NCBI GenBank assembly: GCA_000708835.1
Contig: DF237741.1
Coordinates: 1 to 32,505 of the forward strand
Origin: Klebsormidium nitens
Lineage: Eukaryota > Plantae > Klebsormidiophyceae
Length of the DNA stretch: 32,505 nucleotides
Reading direction: 5' to 3'
Positions 9,245-20,068 of this stretch are shown one piece after another; positions within the stretch are counted from its first letter, which is position 1; every line of letters begins with the position of its first letter. Both the position numbers and the translations under genes were made by a program. The notes under the pieces are model-generated. The model saw nothing but the letters and a program-made list of their open reading frames with translations. It searched no databases and was not told the DNA's origin.

Positions 9245-10821
9245 ATGGCGGCAATGCCGGGTTCGCCCTCTGGCATTAACCGTGAGCAGGTGCGTTTTTT
9301 GCTTACACCACCTCGTACATCGCTGAGGCGCTGACAGGCGGTGTGATCCTTATACAAATTTTTAGCGCTAGCACTTGGCTCCTTGTCATATCAGGTCTCC
9401 TTGTACAACTTTGTGAATACCACCATTTTCAGCATGGACTCTTCTTCGTGATTCCCAGAACGTCGGAAGGGTCAATCTCACAGCTGATCTTTCTGGATCC
9501 TTGTGTGAACACGGGCTTCGTTGTCTCTTGAGCGCACACATGTCTGGCCTTGAATTGGACACCTCCACTTCTGTGAAAAAGTATGCAGACTCCCAATTTC
9601 TCCATACACGCAATGGATTCCGCTGGATAGTGCCACCCTTGCTTCATGTTTCTCAGAGCTTCCGTGACTTCAAAGAGGGCGTATCATTTGGGGCAGCCCA
9701 TAATGTCAGCACCAGTCAGGCGTAAGCACAATTTTGGCCTGGGGGATATCACCGCCAATTGGGCCTGTTGACGACACAAGCGCAGAGGGGCACACTATAC
9801 AGTTAGTATGTGATGTCAGGGGGACGGGCCTTTGACGACTCTTTGACGGGCGCCTGCAGTGATAGGTTGTTATGTCTATACTCAAGAGACTTTCGCTTAT
9901 TTGGTGTTCACATCTCCCTGCAGGCATTTGCCGTTGCGCAGCAGGAGATGGAATACAGAGTGGACCTTTTCAACAAGTAAGAATCCGTGCTATCAGTCTC
10001 AGCGTGAAACAGCATCCCTGATCTGACGGTGTGCCCAAAGGCAGGGCAATCTGTCCTTGGAAGGAACTTGGTAAATTCAACCTCGTATGTTCAGTGTCAG
10101 CTTGCTGCTTCTTAACCTGTGCTGTATATCATTTTTGCTGCTCTGCAGGCTTGCAGGAACCTGCTTTGAGAAATGCATGGAGAAAAGGTGAGCTGCCATC
10201 TTTAATCGCTCACGCCCTCTGGTGGACGTCCTCTTCGACCCCATATATAGATTGCCACGGATCCAACACAGGGCCCCTCTTGTTCTTGAAGTGTTCAGGA
10301 AACATATCTTCTGATGATTGTTGCAGCTTTTCTAACTAAGCAATTTGGCATCAATCCTTCCTAGAAGTGGGCTCAATTGAGCTGCAGCGGCTTCTGGATG
10401 CTTCAGCCGAGACATTTCCTCCTTCTCTTCGCATCATGTACTCACTTGACTTGGTGCTCGCAGATTGAAGGAGGGAGATCTCAACGTGGGTGAGACCAGC
10501 TGCATAGATCGGTGTGTCGCAAAGTACTGGCAGGTGAGGACGCTGATCGAGTGTAACCTCAAAACACCTTCTTTTGGCAAGCTTTTTTTCTTGGGTTTAT
10601 AACTCATTGGAGATGCTAATCACTTGGAGGCTTCATATGATGTGCCAGTGCATTGCAGCACTTGCTTGTGAAGGAATGCTTCATGTCGTAGCCGCTCGGG
10701 CCCGCAGAGCTACACAGGCCGCATTGTGTGACTCGTCTACCTCTTCGTTGCTCATTGACAGGTTACGGGAATCATAGGTCAAATGTTGAGTGCTGGGGGC
10801 GGCGGAGTAGCCCCGCGGTAG
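9245..10821 (+). CDS. TIM10: Mitochondrial small Tim chaperone TIM10, 88 aa, 5 exons
   Basis: Exons 9245-9289, 9924-9976, 10149-10187, 10464-10533, 10762-10821. EMEYRVDLFNKLAGTCFEKC...EGDLNVGETSCIDRCVAKYWQV contains the twin CX3C motif and Tim10-type flanks. Confidence 0.96.
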
Positions 10822-11543
10822 TCGGTCAGCGAAGTCTTCTGACATTTCAGGAGATTGGAGGTTTTGCTTCTAAGCCGTGCAGTATGACGTGGTTTTCTTC
10901 CTGTCCGAGAAACTTTGATTTTATCTGGTTGAGCCTTTTTTGATTCTGTATACCATCCTCAATGTATTCCTTGCCATGTGGCAAGTGTAGGTGTCTGTGA
11001 TCAAGAAACGATTACCTGACCGTCTTTCTTTAACGACCATATTCGAGCTTGCTCGTAGCTGGCTCATAGCATGTATGACCCGGCTTTCGCATCATTCTCA
11101 ATTGTGATCTTCGTAAAATCAAGCAGACGTAGCTCCCCGCCAACATCTGTCACTGTGAGTGCTCATCGTTCCATACATCATTTTCCCTACAAGTTGCAGC
11201 TTGTATAGGTGGTCAAGCTGTAATGATGTGTACGTACACAAACTGAATGATGGCAATAATCATGCATATGCATGTCTCCGATGTGCGGTGCCAACTCTTG
11301 AAAGTGGTGCAAGGACGGTCGCGCCGAGGCCGCCCGCCTGCACATGCTTGCATGATCGACCTTGTCACTAGTGTAGCATATCAACTTGCATATACATGAT
11401 AGATCTGCTGAGTTATATATCGCTGGTCACATCCGACATTCTTAAGCATCCGACAATTCTTCTACTGCGCGTTGGATTGCTCCGGGACAGACTACCAGAC
11501 GGCTAGCTTTTCAACAAGTAGTTCGATCGAGTAAGTTATCAAG

Positions 11544-11571
11544 TGCACACGCGTCACTGCACACGAGTCAT
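11544..11571. repeat. 14-bp tandem duplication with two mismatches
   Basis: TGCACACGCGTCAC / TGCACACGAGTCAT. Confidence 0.75.
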
Positions 11572-12173
11572 GCAAGCACTGATCGCGAGCCTTCTGCAAG
11601 AACTCCAACCGAGTCTGACCGGTTGAATCAATTCAATGATTCACATGCATGCAGATCTCGAGGAGTACGTGTCATACATGGTTGACATAATGGACGGTTT
11701 GATTCATGTGAAAGTACGGTAACTAGACAAATATAAGATTAGAGGATACGATATTGTTCGCATGCACAGACACAACTTAAAACAACAATGTATGAACGAA
11801 TATAAATAGATGTTGTAACGGGCTAAGCTGCCTGAAGGGCTGAATGCATCAACGTGTTGCAAATATCCACACCCTAAGCATATAAATGCAACAAGCTCTG
11901 TCTAACTTCTGAAGCAGTTCTTATAGCTTCAGGCACGATTTATTAGACTCCCTCAACACAAAAGCCCCAAAAGTTGTACGTGCATCAAGTTGTCTTACAT
12001 GAGTGATTGGATTCCGGTTGCTGGAATGTAAACCTTGCACGGTTGGAAGAACCACTCGGTGCCACAACTTGGCAGACGGCAGGCTCTTGATCATGAGTGG
12101 GCTTAAATCGTTGCACGGGCTTGACTCTGTTGTTGACGAGGGAGGTGGAACTTTTCAGCCCAGCAGTCTATCT

Positions 12174-15100
12174 TTACTTCTCTCCAGTGATCTTCGCCTT
12201 CTGCTCATCGATAACCTTGAGAAGCTCCTCCCTGCATCGGCCGAAACTTAGAGGACTCCTCACATGGAGCCAAGCCTTTTGCAGATATTGTCCCTATGCT
12301 AGCTAGCTATTTGGACGAACCTGAAAAGCATTACTCCTCTCCTGTGATCTTCTTTTTGGTCTCGTCTACCAGCTGCGCCAGTTCTTCCCTGCCAGATGAC
12401 CAATGAAAGAGACTTCAAGCCCCTTCCACACAAATCCAAACCAAGCCAACCAGTGGGGTCATAACAACGGCACAGATCCGAGGTGCAACATTCGAACAAT
12501 AATAAGCTAGCATACGACACCATGCAAGCTCGAAGTTCAGCAGCCAAAGTCCCCTGTGTCTCCTATTTTGCTTACCTGTCTGGCTTGAAGAGAAGGTAGC
12601 GGTACACGAACCACTGCACAGGTGACAGTGCAAGATAAGCGGACTTCAAGCTTTTGCCTAAGTCAGCATTTGGATACATGGAACATGTCTGAACAGGGTA
12701 AGAGGCGCAGTTCTCATTCCATGAGCACCTGCTTAGGACAAGCACACTCGTGCAGAAGCAGACAGAAGCCACAAGCACTTACCCCGGTGAACAAGATGCC
12801 CACAAACTCGAAGAAGCCAGGGAGAACAGGGAGCCTGTCAATGGACTGCAGAGACAGGCGGCTGTTAGAAGCAACTTGTGATGCTGGGAGTTGGCCAAAG
12901 CGCTGCAAGAAGAGACTGGCAGGCACCAGGCTAGCATGGCAGCCAGAAAATCATCTTTACGGCTCTCCTCGTCCGGCTACAATGCCATCAACATTGCAGC
13001 GAACAGTTGATTCAATGGTGCAGTGTTTTGCCCTTCCGGTCTTTCTTTATGTCATGAAGACTGGCAAGATCCCGAGGGGCGCCTCTTTTGAGAGGCAAGT
13101 ACTACTAGCTTATGCCACTGTATGAGTTGCTGGAAGTACTTTTCCTCTTTGTCAGGGTACGACGGATCTCATAGCATCCATAGCGGAAGGTCGGCTATGG
13201 CACGTATGAACCTTGCATAAATTCTGGCAGGCCATAACAGCGACATGATCTGCAACAACTTACTGACAGCAGGCCAGACGAGGCCCAGAGGGCGACGATC
13301 CCGGAGACGCCAAGACCGACAATTGCCAGTTTGTCCTCCTGCTTGTCCCACTGCATGCCAGGTAAGCTTGCAAAATGTCAGAGCTGCAACGCCCACCCTC
13401 GTGTTGAAGACACAATGGCCCGTGGGAAGAAACAGATCAATAATTCCCGTTCGGTGGTCCAGTTTTCTTGTAACATCTTGGCCATGATGCTACGTGGGGC
13501 ATGCCGCATGCCTGTATTTGCTGAGGGCACATGTATCGAATTCCGGCATGTGCTCAAAACAAGAGGTACAGTAATGCACGCCTGCTCCACTCTGTCTGGA
13601 ACAAATCAATAATGGCACAGTACAGGCAGCATGTCTGCGGTGCAGTCCAGCCATGCTCACCCAGTTTTGGACGCCCTTGAGCTGCTCCTTTAGCTGCTCA
13701 GAGACATCGTCAACCTCTGACTCAACCTCAGGCTCAACAGCCGCACGCACTTTGTGAGAGGTCCGACCGCTCCGGGCTGCACAAAGAGCACACCTCTTGA
13801 CTTACAAGGCCTTGTTACTTTCGCACATATAAAAACATGCCCAATCCGACTCCTCTTATCAGGTGTTGTACCTGCTCTATCTTCGCGGAGGATATGCCGA
13901 AGACCTTTGTTCCATTGTGTGCAGACTTGCTGCTTCGCAGGGCTGCTTTCCACCACAGTGTCGTTGCTATTGTCACAGCAAACTCATAATTTGTCACTCC
14001 TTTCCAATTCTGAAACAATTCAAGTTTCCGGGCTCAATGCTGTGTGGCACATGTTAAAGTGCATGATCAGCATAACAACACTCTGCCCATGCGGTCACGA
14101 TTAATGCTTTTGCCAAACTAGCTTCTAAACACCAATATAGGGACAGAAACGGCCAGAAGGCATTTCGACAAACTGCCAGGTAAACACAGTCCTCTGCCAC
14201 ACCTGTGCAGTGGAGCAGATTTTACCATGGTCCTTTTTGCTCAACTCTCAAAGCCTCTCCGTCTCTCTCTTTCAGTCTCCCTTACTTGATTCACACCTTA
14301 AAATGCAGAAGGCATGGATGCCAATACAATCAAGAAACCACGCTGTTGACGGATTGTTTATCAGAAATGTAAACAGAGGAGCGTTGTAAAGCTGGACGAC
14401 TGAGCATCATAAAGACAGCAATCTTCTGCATGTCAAGAATGGCAAGCAAGGGCCTTGCAACTGGCGCCTGAACAGCTGAGGTTCATGACCAGCAGGAGCA
14501 AGTCCTCATAACAAAGGGTGGAGCGCTACATCTAAACAAACCAGCAGATAAGAGACAAACGCCCTCCCAACTATCTGCTTGAGCCTTCCGATCCTGCTTT
14601 CATTGGGCAAAATACTTATGGAGGACGTAATGTGCAACCAAGATGCATGATATTGCATGCCCAATGCATTTGCAGGAGGAGAATTATTGGACACAGATCT
14701 GCAGAGATCTTGGCTCCTGAAAATGAATCCTGAAAAGTGCGTCCGCATGGATAGTCGACGAGGTCCCTGAATGCATGGTACCAGGGTGGCTTGATCATGC
14801 ATTTCAAGCGCTCCCCTGAATCCAACCAGAAAGCAAGCCTGCTCTGAAAGCGAAATGCAACAAATACGTTCTCAATGATTGCATGCAGGGCCTATGAGCC
14901 ACTCAACTGACAGTTTGGGAGAATACATTCGCGTGCTGGCTCCTAGAAGAGGATTGGCAGAGCAAAGGTCGGCCTGTTAATCATCTGCATTGATAGATCC
15001 AAGTGAAACAAAAGGACCCAACATCCACGAGAATCGAAGGTTGCCCCATCTTGAGCTCACTTACCTTGGAGAGCTGACCTCAAGCTGGGAGCCATTGCAA

Positions 15101-15245
15101 GCGACCGGCCAGCAAAGCTGCTCTGCTTGAGCGATGCATAGCTCAGCGGCAGGGCATTGGTCACCCGGTCTGTGGGTGCCCCAAGGACAGAGGCCGCAGC
15201 ACACAAAGGCACTACACTCCTCACAGCCGCCACCGCAGACGCCAT
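12174..15245 (-). CDS. CURT1: CURVATURE THYLAKOID 1 family protein (CURT1B/C-type), ~180 aa with plastid transit peptide, 6 exons
   Basis: Exons 15065-15245, 13661-13776, 13264-13350, 12783-12845, 12576-12613, 12174-12231. Ala/Ser-rich transit peptide, then WDKQEDKLAIVGLGVSGIVALWASSGLLSSIDRLPVLPGFFEFVGILFTGWFVYRYLLFKPDREEL (CAAD/CURT1 domain). Confidence 0.94.
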
Positions 15246-15619
15246 TGTGCAACAAACTAACAATGTACGTGCTTAATGGCTCAGCAAATGCACCAGACCC
15301 CAGATTCACGTCCTCGCACAAGTGTGCAGTGATTGCAATTTGCGAACCGTCTTCTTTGATAGTCCACCAGCAAAATAATGGCGGCACGATTTGGCAAATT
15401 GCAGGATTTAACTTCAATATGCAACGGGCCAACGGCCCTTTCCTGCTCCCTTCCCAAGAAGATCTCCGGGGCCTTCGCCTTTAGAATGAGTACTTTCTTC
15501 GCCCCACTGCAGGCTGATTGCCATACCTATTCTTCAAATTCTTCTGGTATTGCACGATTGCGATTGGATAAATCGAAGAAACGCTCTTGCGTTTGATTGG
15601 ATCCAAGGTTTGGGTTGAC

Positions 15620-15625
15620 CACGTG
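15620..15625. promoter_or_regulatory. G-box (CACGTG) ~375 bp upstream of the CURT1 start
   Basis: Single hexamer match upstream of a photosynthesis gene; could be chance. Confidence 0.15.
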
Positions 15626-16558
15626 AGCACCGCACAGGCTCGCCATCTTCCGCCGCGTGCCAGCCGGCCTTGTAAGAACCGTACATGATCGCGACGGAAC
15701 GGAACGACGAAAGTGGACAACCAACCCGGCCTTACGTAGTACGTACACTCACATGCAGCACCTAAAAGAAGAAGCTCGTCGAATATCCTGGAACATCCTG
15801 AGCAACTCAGTGGGCATGTTGCAAAGCGATCCTTATAAGCAGAGGTGCTCATGATGGTTGTATATGCAGGGTGGTCCGAATAGCTCCGGGTGGTGCGACT
15901 CGGGTGCATGTTCAAACCTAAGTTGAAATCGACAACCGTAGCTCAGTTAACAATTGTTCGGTCTACGACTCATATGACACACTTCAAAAGACCGCTTCTT
16001 GAGTTGGATACGCTGAAAATACACGAGTCAAGAGTACCCACCGGTAGCACTGATCGAATTTGTCCACAATATGTTTAGGTGACATAGATCGCTGCGGTTT
16101 CTATAGCATCAAAACCAGCTTGCTCTCGATGCGTTCGCACCTCGAATAGTTGGGAAATATTATAATATCTGCCACCATCAAACCCCTCAAGACTTCTTTG
16201 TGAGCCGGGTGCATAAGTTGCATCACATCCATATTCTTCACAGCTTCCGACAACTCGTGTAAGGGCCATTACAACAAAGAGATGAAGACAGCTTCAGCGA
16301 TTCTCGACACGGTCTGATAGACAAACCTATCTTGGACGGTTGAACCACATGGTTTACGAAGTTCTGACGAGAAACAGGCCATGGCCTGGCTCCAACATCT
16401 CACATCAAGCAACCTCGCAGCTTTATCTACCTTCGACGTTAGACAGGCTCGATAGCTGAATCAGCTTCTTGACGATCATCCTTTCTTTGTGTTAAGATGG
16501 CATTTGCAGAGCAAGTCTCTAGGGTCTATAAGAGCATCCTTGAGTTTGAGATTCTTTC

Positions 16559-19498
16559 TCACTGGCCTTTCTTTGGTTTGACAACAAAGTCGTGCTGCAT
16601 AAGATTCGCCCGAAGTAAAAGAGCTTTCGTGTCACGTTGGTAATCCGCCCCTACTTGAAGTGCTTTTTGAAAGGACGTGTTTCGCTGATCCGCGTGGCGT
16701 GCATACAGAATCTTGTTGTGGGAGTCGATGCGAGCCTGCATGTTTAAAACTAGCTGTCTGGTGGGGTTCGAGGTCAGAGAGGCAAAGACGGAGAAGGAAT
16801 CTGCGGTACCCAGACAAGACGAGGCGCTTCCAGCCAGCCACGGGTTCAAAAGCTCCTACATTAAGGTTCGAAGTCCATTCTGACAGGTAGAAGATCGGTC
16901 CAACACTCTGCTTCCTTCACTGGCGCTACAAAGGAATGCAAAGAAAGGCATCGGCAACATTCTTACACCACACTCTCACACGCGGTATGGTTCATTCGGT
17001 TGTCCAATTTGCAAACCAGGAGAGTGCAAACTCAAACTTGCATACCTGGATCTGATTCTCCATGATCAGAGCCGCCAGCTCCTTCTCCAGCCCCGCCACG
17101 TTCGTCTTGAAGGACGCCGCCATTCTGTTGAGGTCCACCGAGATGAAGGGCGTGGTGTACTGGATGAGCGCCTTGTGCCGGATCTGTTCGTACAGCGTGT
17201 CCACGTGGTCGAACAGGTGCACGTCCAACAGCAGGTCCGGCTTCAGCTTCTGTAAGTACCCCAGGCACGACGCGTACCGGCTGCACACAGGAAAATCACC
17301 GACTCTGTAAGCGCCACCATCAAGGCGAGGCTGACGTCAATTTCGGAGAATCGAAGCCAGCGGATGACGTCCGACATCTACAGCTCAAGAGCTGCTGCAT
17401 CCAGTCATGTGTATTGCTTCGCAACTCATTGGACAAGAGATTGTGACCAATGTTTGCGAATGTAATCGGAAAAGCTTACATTAGCTTTCTCTCTAATCAA
17501 ATCGGCGCAACCGGCAGACTGTGAAGGTTCTTGGGTTCGCAATCGACTTCGAGAATGGTACGAGGCACTCTAGAAACAGTTGTTCGACTCTTGATGAGCA
17601 CGTGAAAAACCTCTCGAAGTTGCAAAACCGCTTGCTGGCACAGGTTTGCCATCAAGAGAAGCGCTTACCTCGCATAAAAGTCGTTTATGAGCTCCCGAAT
17701 GTCTGGCACGAGTTCTAAGAAATTTCGAAAGGAGATGTTGTCGATCACTTTGCTCTGCAAACAAAGGAGGAAGAGTTCAGATGCTGTGTTTGCTGTCAAA
17801 AAAGGGCGCTGAAGGAAGGATGGACACAGCTTATGCTGACTCCAAATCAGCAATTCGTTGACAATTTGAAGCGAACCTGATGGAGAAAAAGCGCCTGCAG
17901 ACATAGGCAGGCAACTGAGTCAATTCAAACGAACGTGAAGGAGCTGTGAACATGATCGCACCTTCAGATCTGCCCGATCAAACGACGCCAGTGCACAGAG
18001 TGCTCCATACAGGGCCACATCCTGGGGTGCAATAACCTTTTTGTACTGTGTGCCAAGCTCAAAGTTGACGTCGACGAACTGCAACATGATGATAAACACA
18101 TCGGTAAGCTCTCTGAAAGGAAATCCAATCTGTCATGCAAGATGACAGAGTACAGAGTCGTCTTATCTCTTACTAGGCCCAATCACATCCATCTAACGCA
18201 TCGCTTCTTTTTGACTACTGTATCTGTGCATACAGCCACTCTTTATTAACTTCGACAATTACTTGCTCGCAGAATGAGTCCTAAACTGCTCACCTTTCTT
18301 GCAGCCAGCTTATACTTTTTGTTTTCCAGATGTGCCAGCCCTGCAGCGCACTTGAGCTTCCCCTGTATAACAGGATCTGTATTGTCCGGGGTCTGCTCGG
18401 CCTTCTGCACGTAGTTGGTGACATTCACAAAGTGCCCCAGCTCGATGCTGACCAGGATGACATTGAGGCACATGTTGATGATGTGCTTTGAGGTAGTGCA
18501 GTAATCCCGAGTCCGCACGTAGCTCTTGAATGCTGCTTGGAGGTCGCCACGCGCATAGAAGAAGTCACCAAGGTCGTTGTACCCCATTCGGATGCTCTCC
18601 TTGATCAAGTTGGTCTGCGAAAAAGTGGCCCATGTTTCCTCTGGTTGTCCAGAAGGCTCAAACCACCAGAATTAGCTTACAGTGTTGCATGCAATCCTAA
18701 ACATGAACGGGCGACAGTGTCGGGGCTTGCAATAGGAACCTATGGGCCCAAGTCATCTGGTCGGTCAACAGTGGACAAAGTGAGTTGGACTCAAGTTCAT
18801 GCCTAAGGTCTTTGAAATAGCAATTGCCGTGCGCACTGCACCACCACCGATCGATCTCACAGAGGCGTCCCAGTTCATCATCCTTGGAAACAGAAGCATC
18901 CGTGTGAATGTCAGCAACAATTCTATCGCAAAAGTTTGATGTCAGTAAGAATAGTGGCAGGATTTACTATACTTTTGAACAATGTCTTGATGTAGAACAA
19001 GCGATAGGCCGTGTAAGTCATTTTGCAGAAGCTTGCAACAATTTGCAGACAATAGAAAAGTGCAGGCAGATGAAGGATATGATATCAATCTCGGTTGAGG
19101 ACAAGGGTTTACTGATTCAACAAGGACACGAAGTCAAGACGCACCTTGTACCCATTGAGCTCCAATTCCAATCGTTCCTGCCGTTGTGCCGCCTGCTTCT
19201 CTTTGGTATTCACCCACTCACGATCATGCTGGTATGCTCTTCCCAATCGACCTCTCACGCGCTCGATTGTCTCAATGTAGACTTGCGTGTTGTCCCCCTT
19301 TTTTATCTCATCCAGTGCCATGCGAAGTGCTTCAAGCTCCATAGCAGAATCGCTGCATTTCTCCGCAATGAAGCGCAACCTGATGATCTTGGTATGGCCC
19401 ATGTAGTTGCTCGTATAAGTTTCGAGATCAAAGTGTGGACCGCCATCATCGCTGGTCGATGGTCTGCTGCCATTTGCATCGGGCTGTCCAGAGGCCAT
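16559..19498 (-). CDS. CSN1: COP9 signalosome subunit 1, ~429 aa, 6 exons
   Basis: Exons 19145-19498, 18294-18614, 17962-18078, 17669-17754, 17046-17280, 16559-16735. Motifs FDLETYTSNY.GHTK, ELNGYKTNLIKESIRMG, RTRDYCTTSKHII, YKLAARKF, ARIDSHNKILYARHADQR match plant CSN1/FUS6 (RPN7-like plus PCI domains). Confidence 0.97.
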
Positions 19499-20068
19499 GC
19501 TTGGGGTAAGCGCACCGTGTAATTGAACAGCAAAGGCGCCTTGACACGAGATTCCACCCCTGGCACTGTCAACAAAGTGAAGAATGAAGAATGGTTCTTC
19601 CAGATTAGGTACGAGTCACGCCGACTTCTGACCAGAACGAATTTGTAGATTGTCGCTAACATGCGGGGCACAGGTTGTGCGGCGTCTGGAAGGCACGGTA
19701 TCGCCATCTTGCTGTCGCCACAAAAAGCAAAGGAAATGATGCGCGGCGACTGTAATAGTGGTGCTACATGCTTTACAGTCGCTCCAATTCTTCCAATATG
19801 GCACCCATGTGCTCAGAATACTGTGTACCGTACCGGTATAGCGAAGCACATCCAGTACACTGAACACTGTCAGTGAACTGTGAAAGCACCGGTCAGCTGA
19901 CTCGTAAACGGGAAAGTTTCTTCACCAAATCAAGGTCAAGGCGCTCATTTGTGGACGGGAATTTTTCTGAAGCAGCGAAGGTGCTTATAAATTCTACGTA
20001 GACGCCTTGGAGTAGCTCGAGTTTTGGACACGAGTTCAGAGCACCCAGGTAGAAAGGGAAGGGCAAGG
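19499..20068. promoter_or_regulatory. Divergent promoter/5'UTR region of CSN1 and the zinc-knuckle gene
   Basis: Head-to-head start codons only 570 bp apart. Confidence 0.5.

Noticed and set aside
18908-19522. 204-aa plus-strand ORF
   Set aside because: Antisense shadow of CSN1 exon 1 and intron 1; no recognisable motifs.
20024-20068. N-terminal extension MDTSSEHPGRKGRAR of the zinc-knuckle gene
   Set aside because: The track starts at TTG; the first ATG is at 20069.
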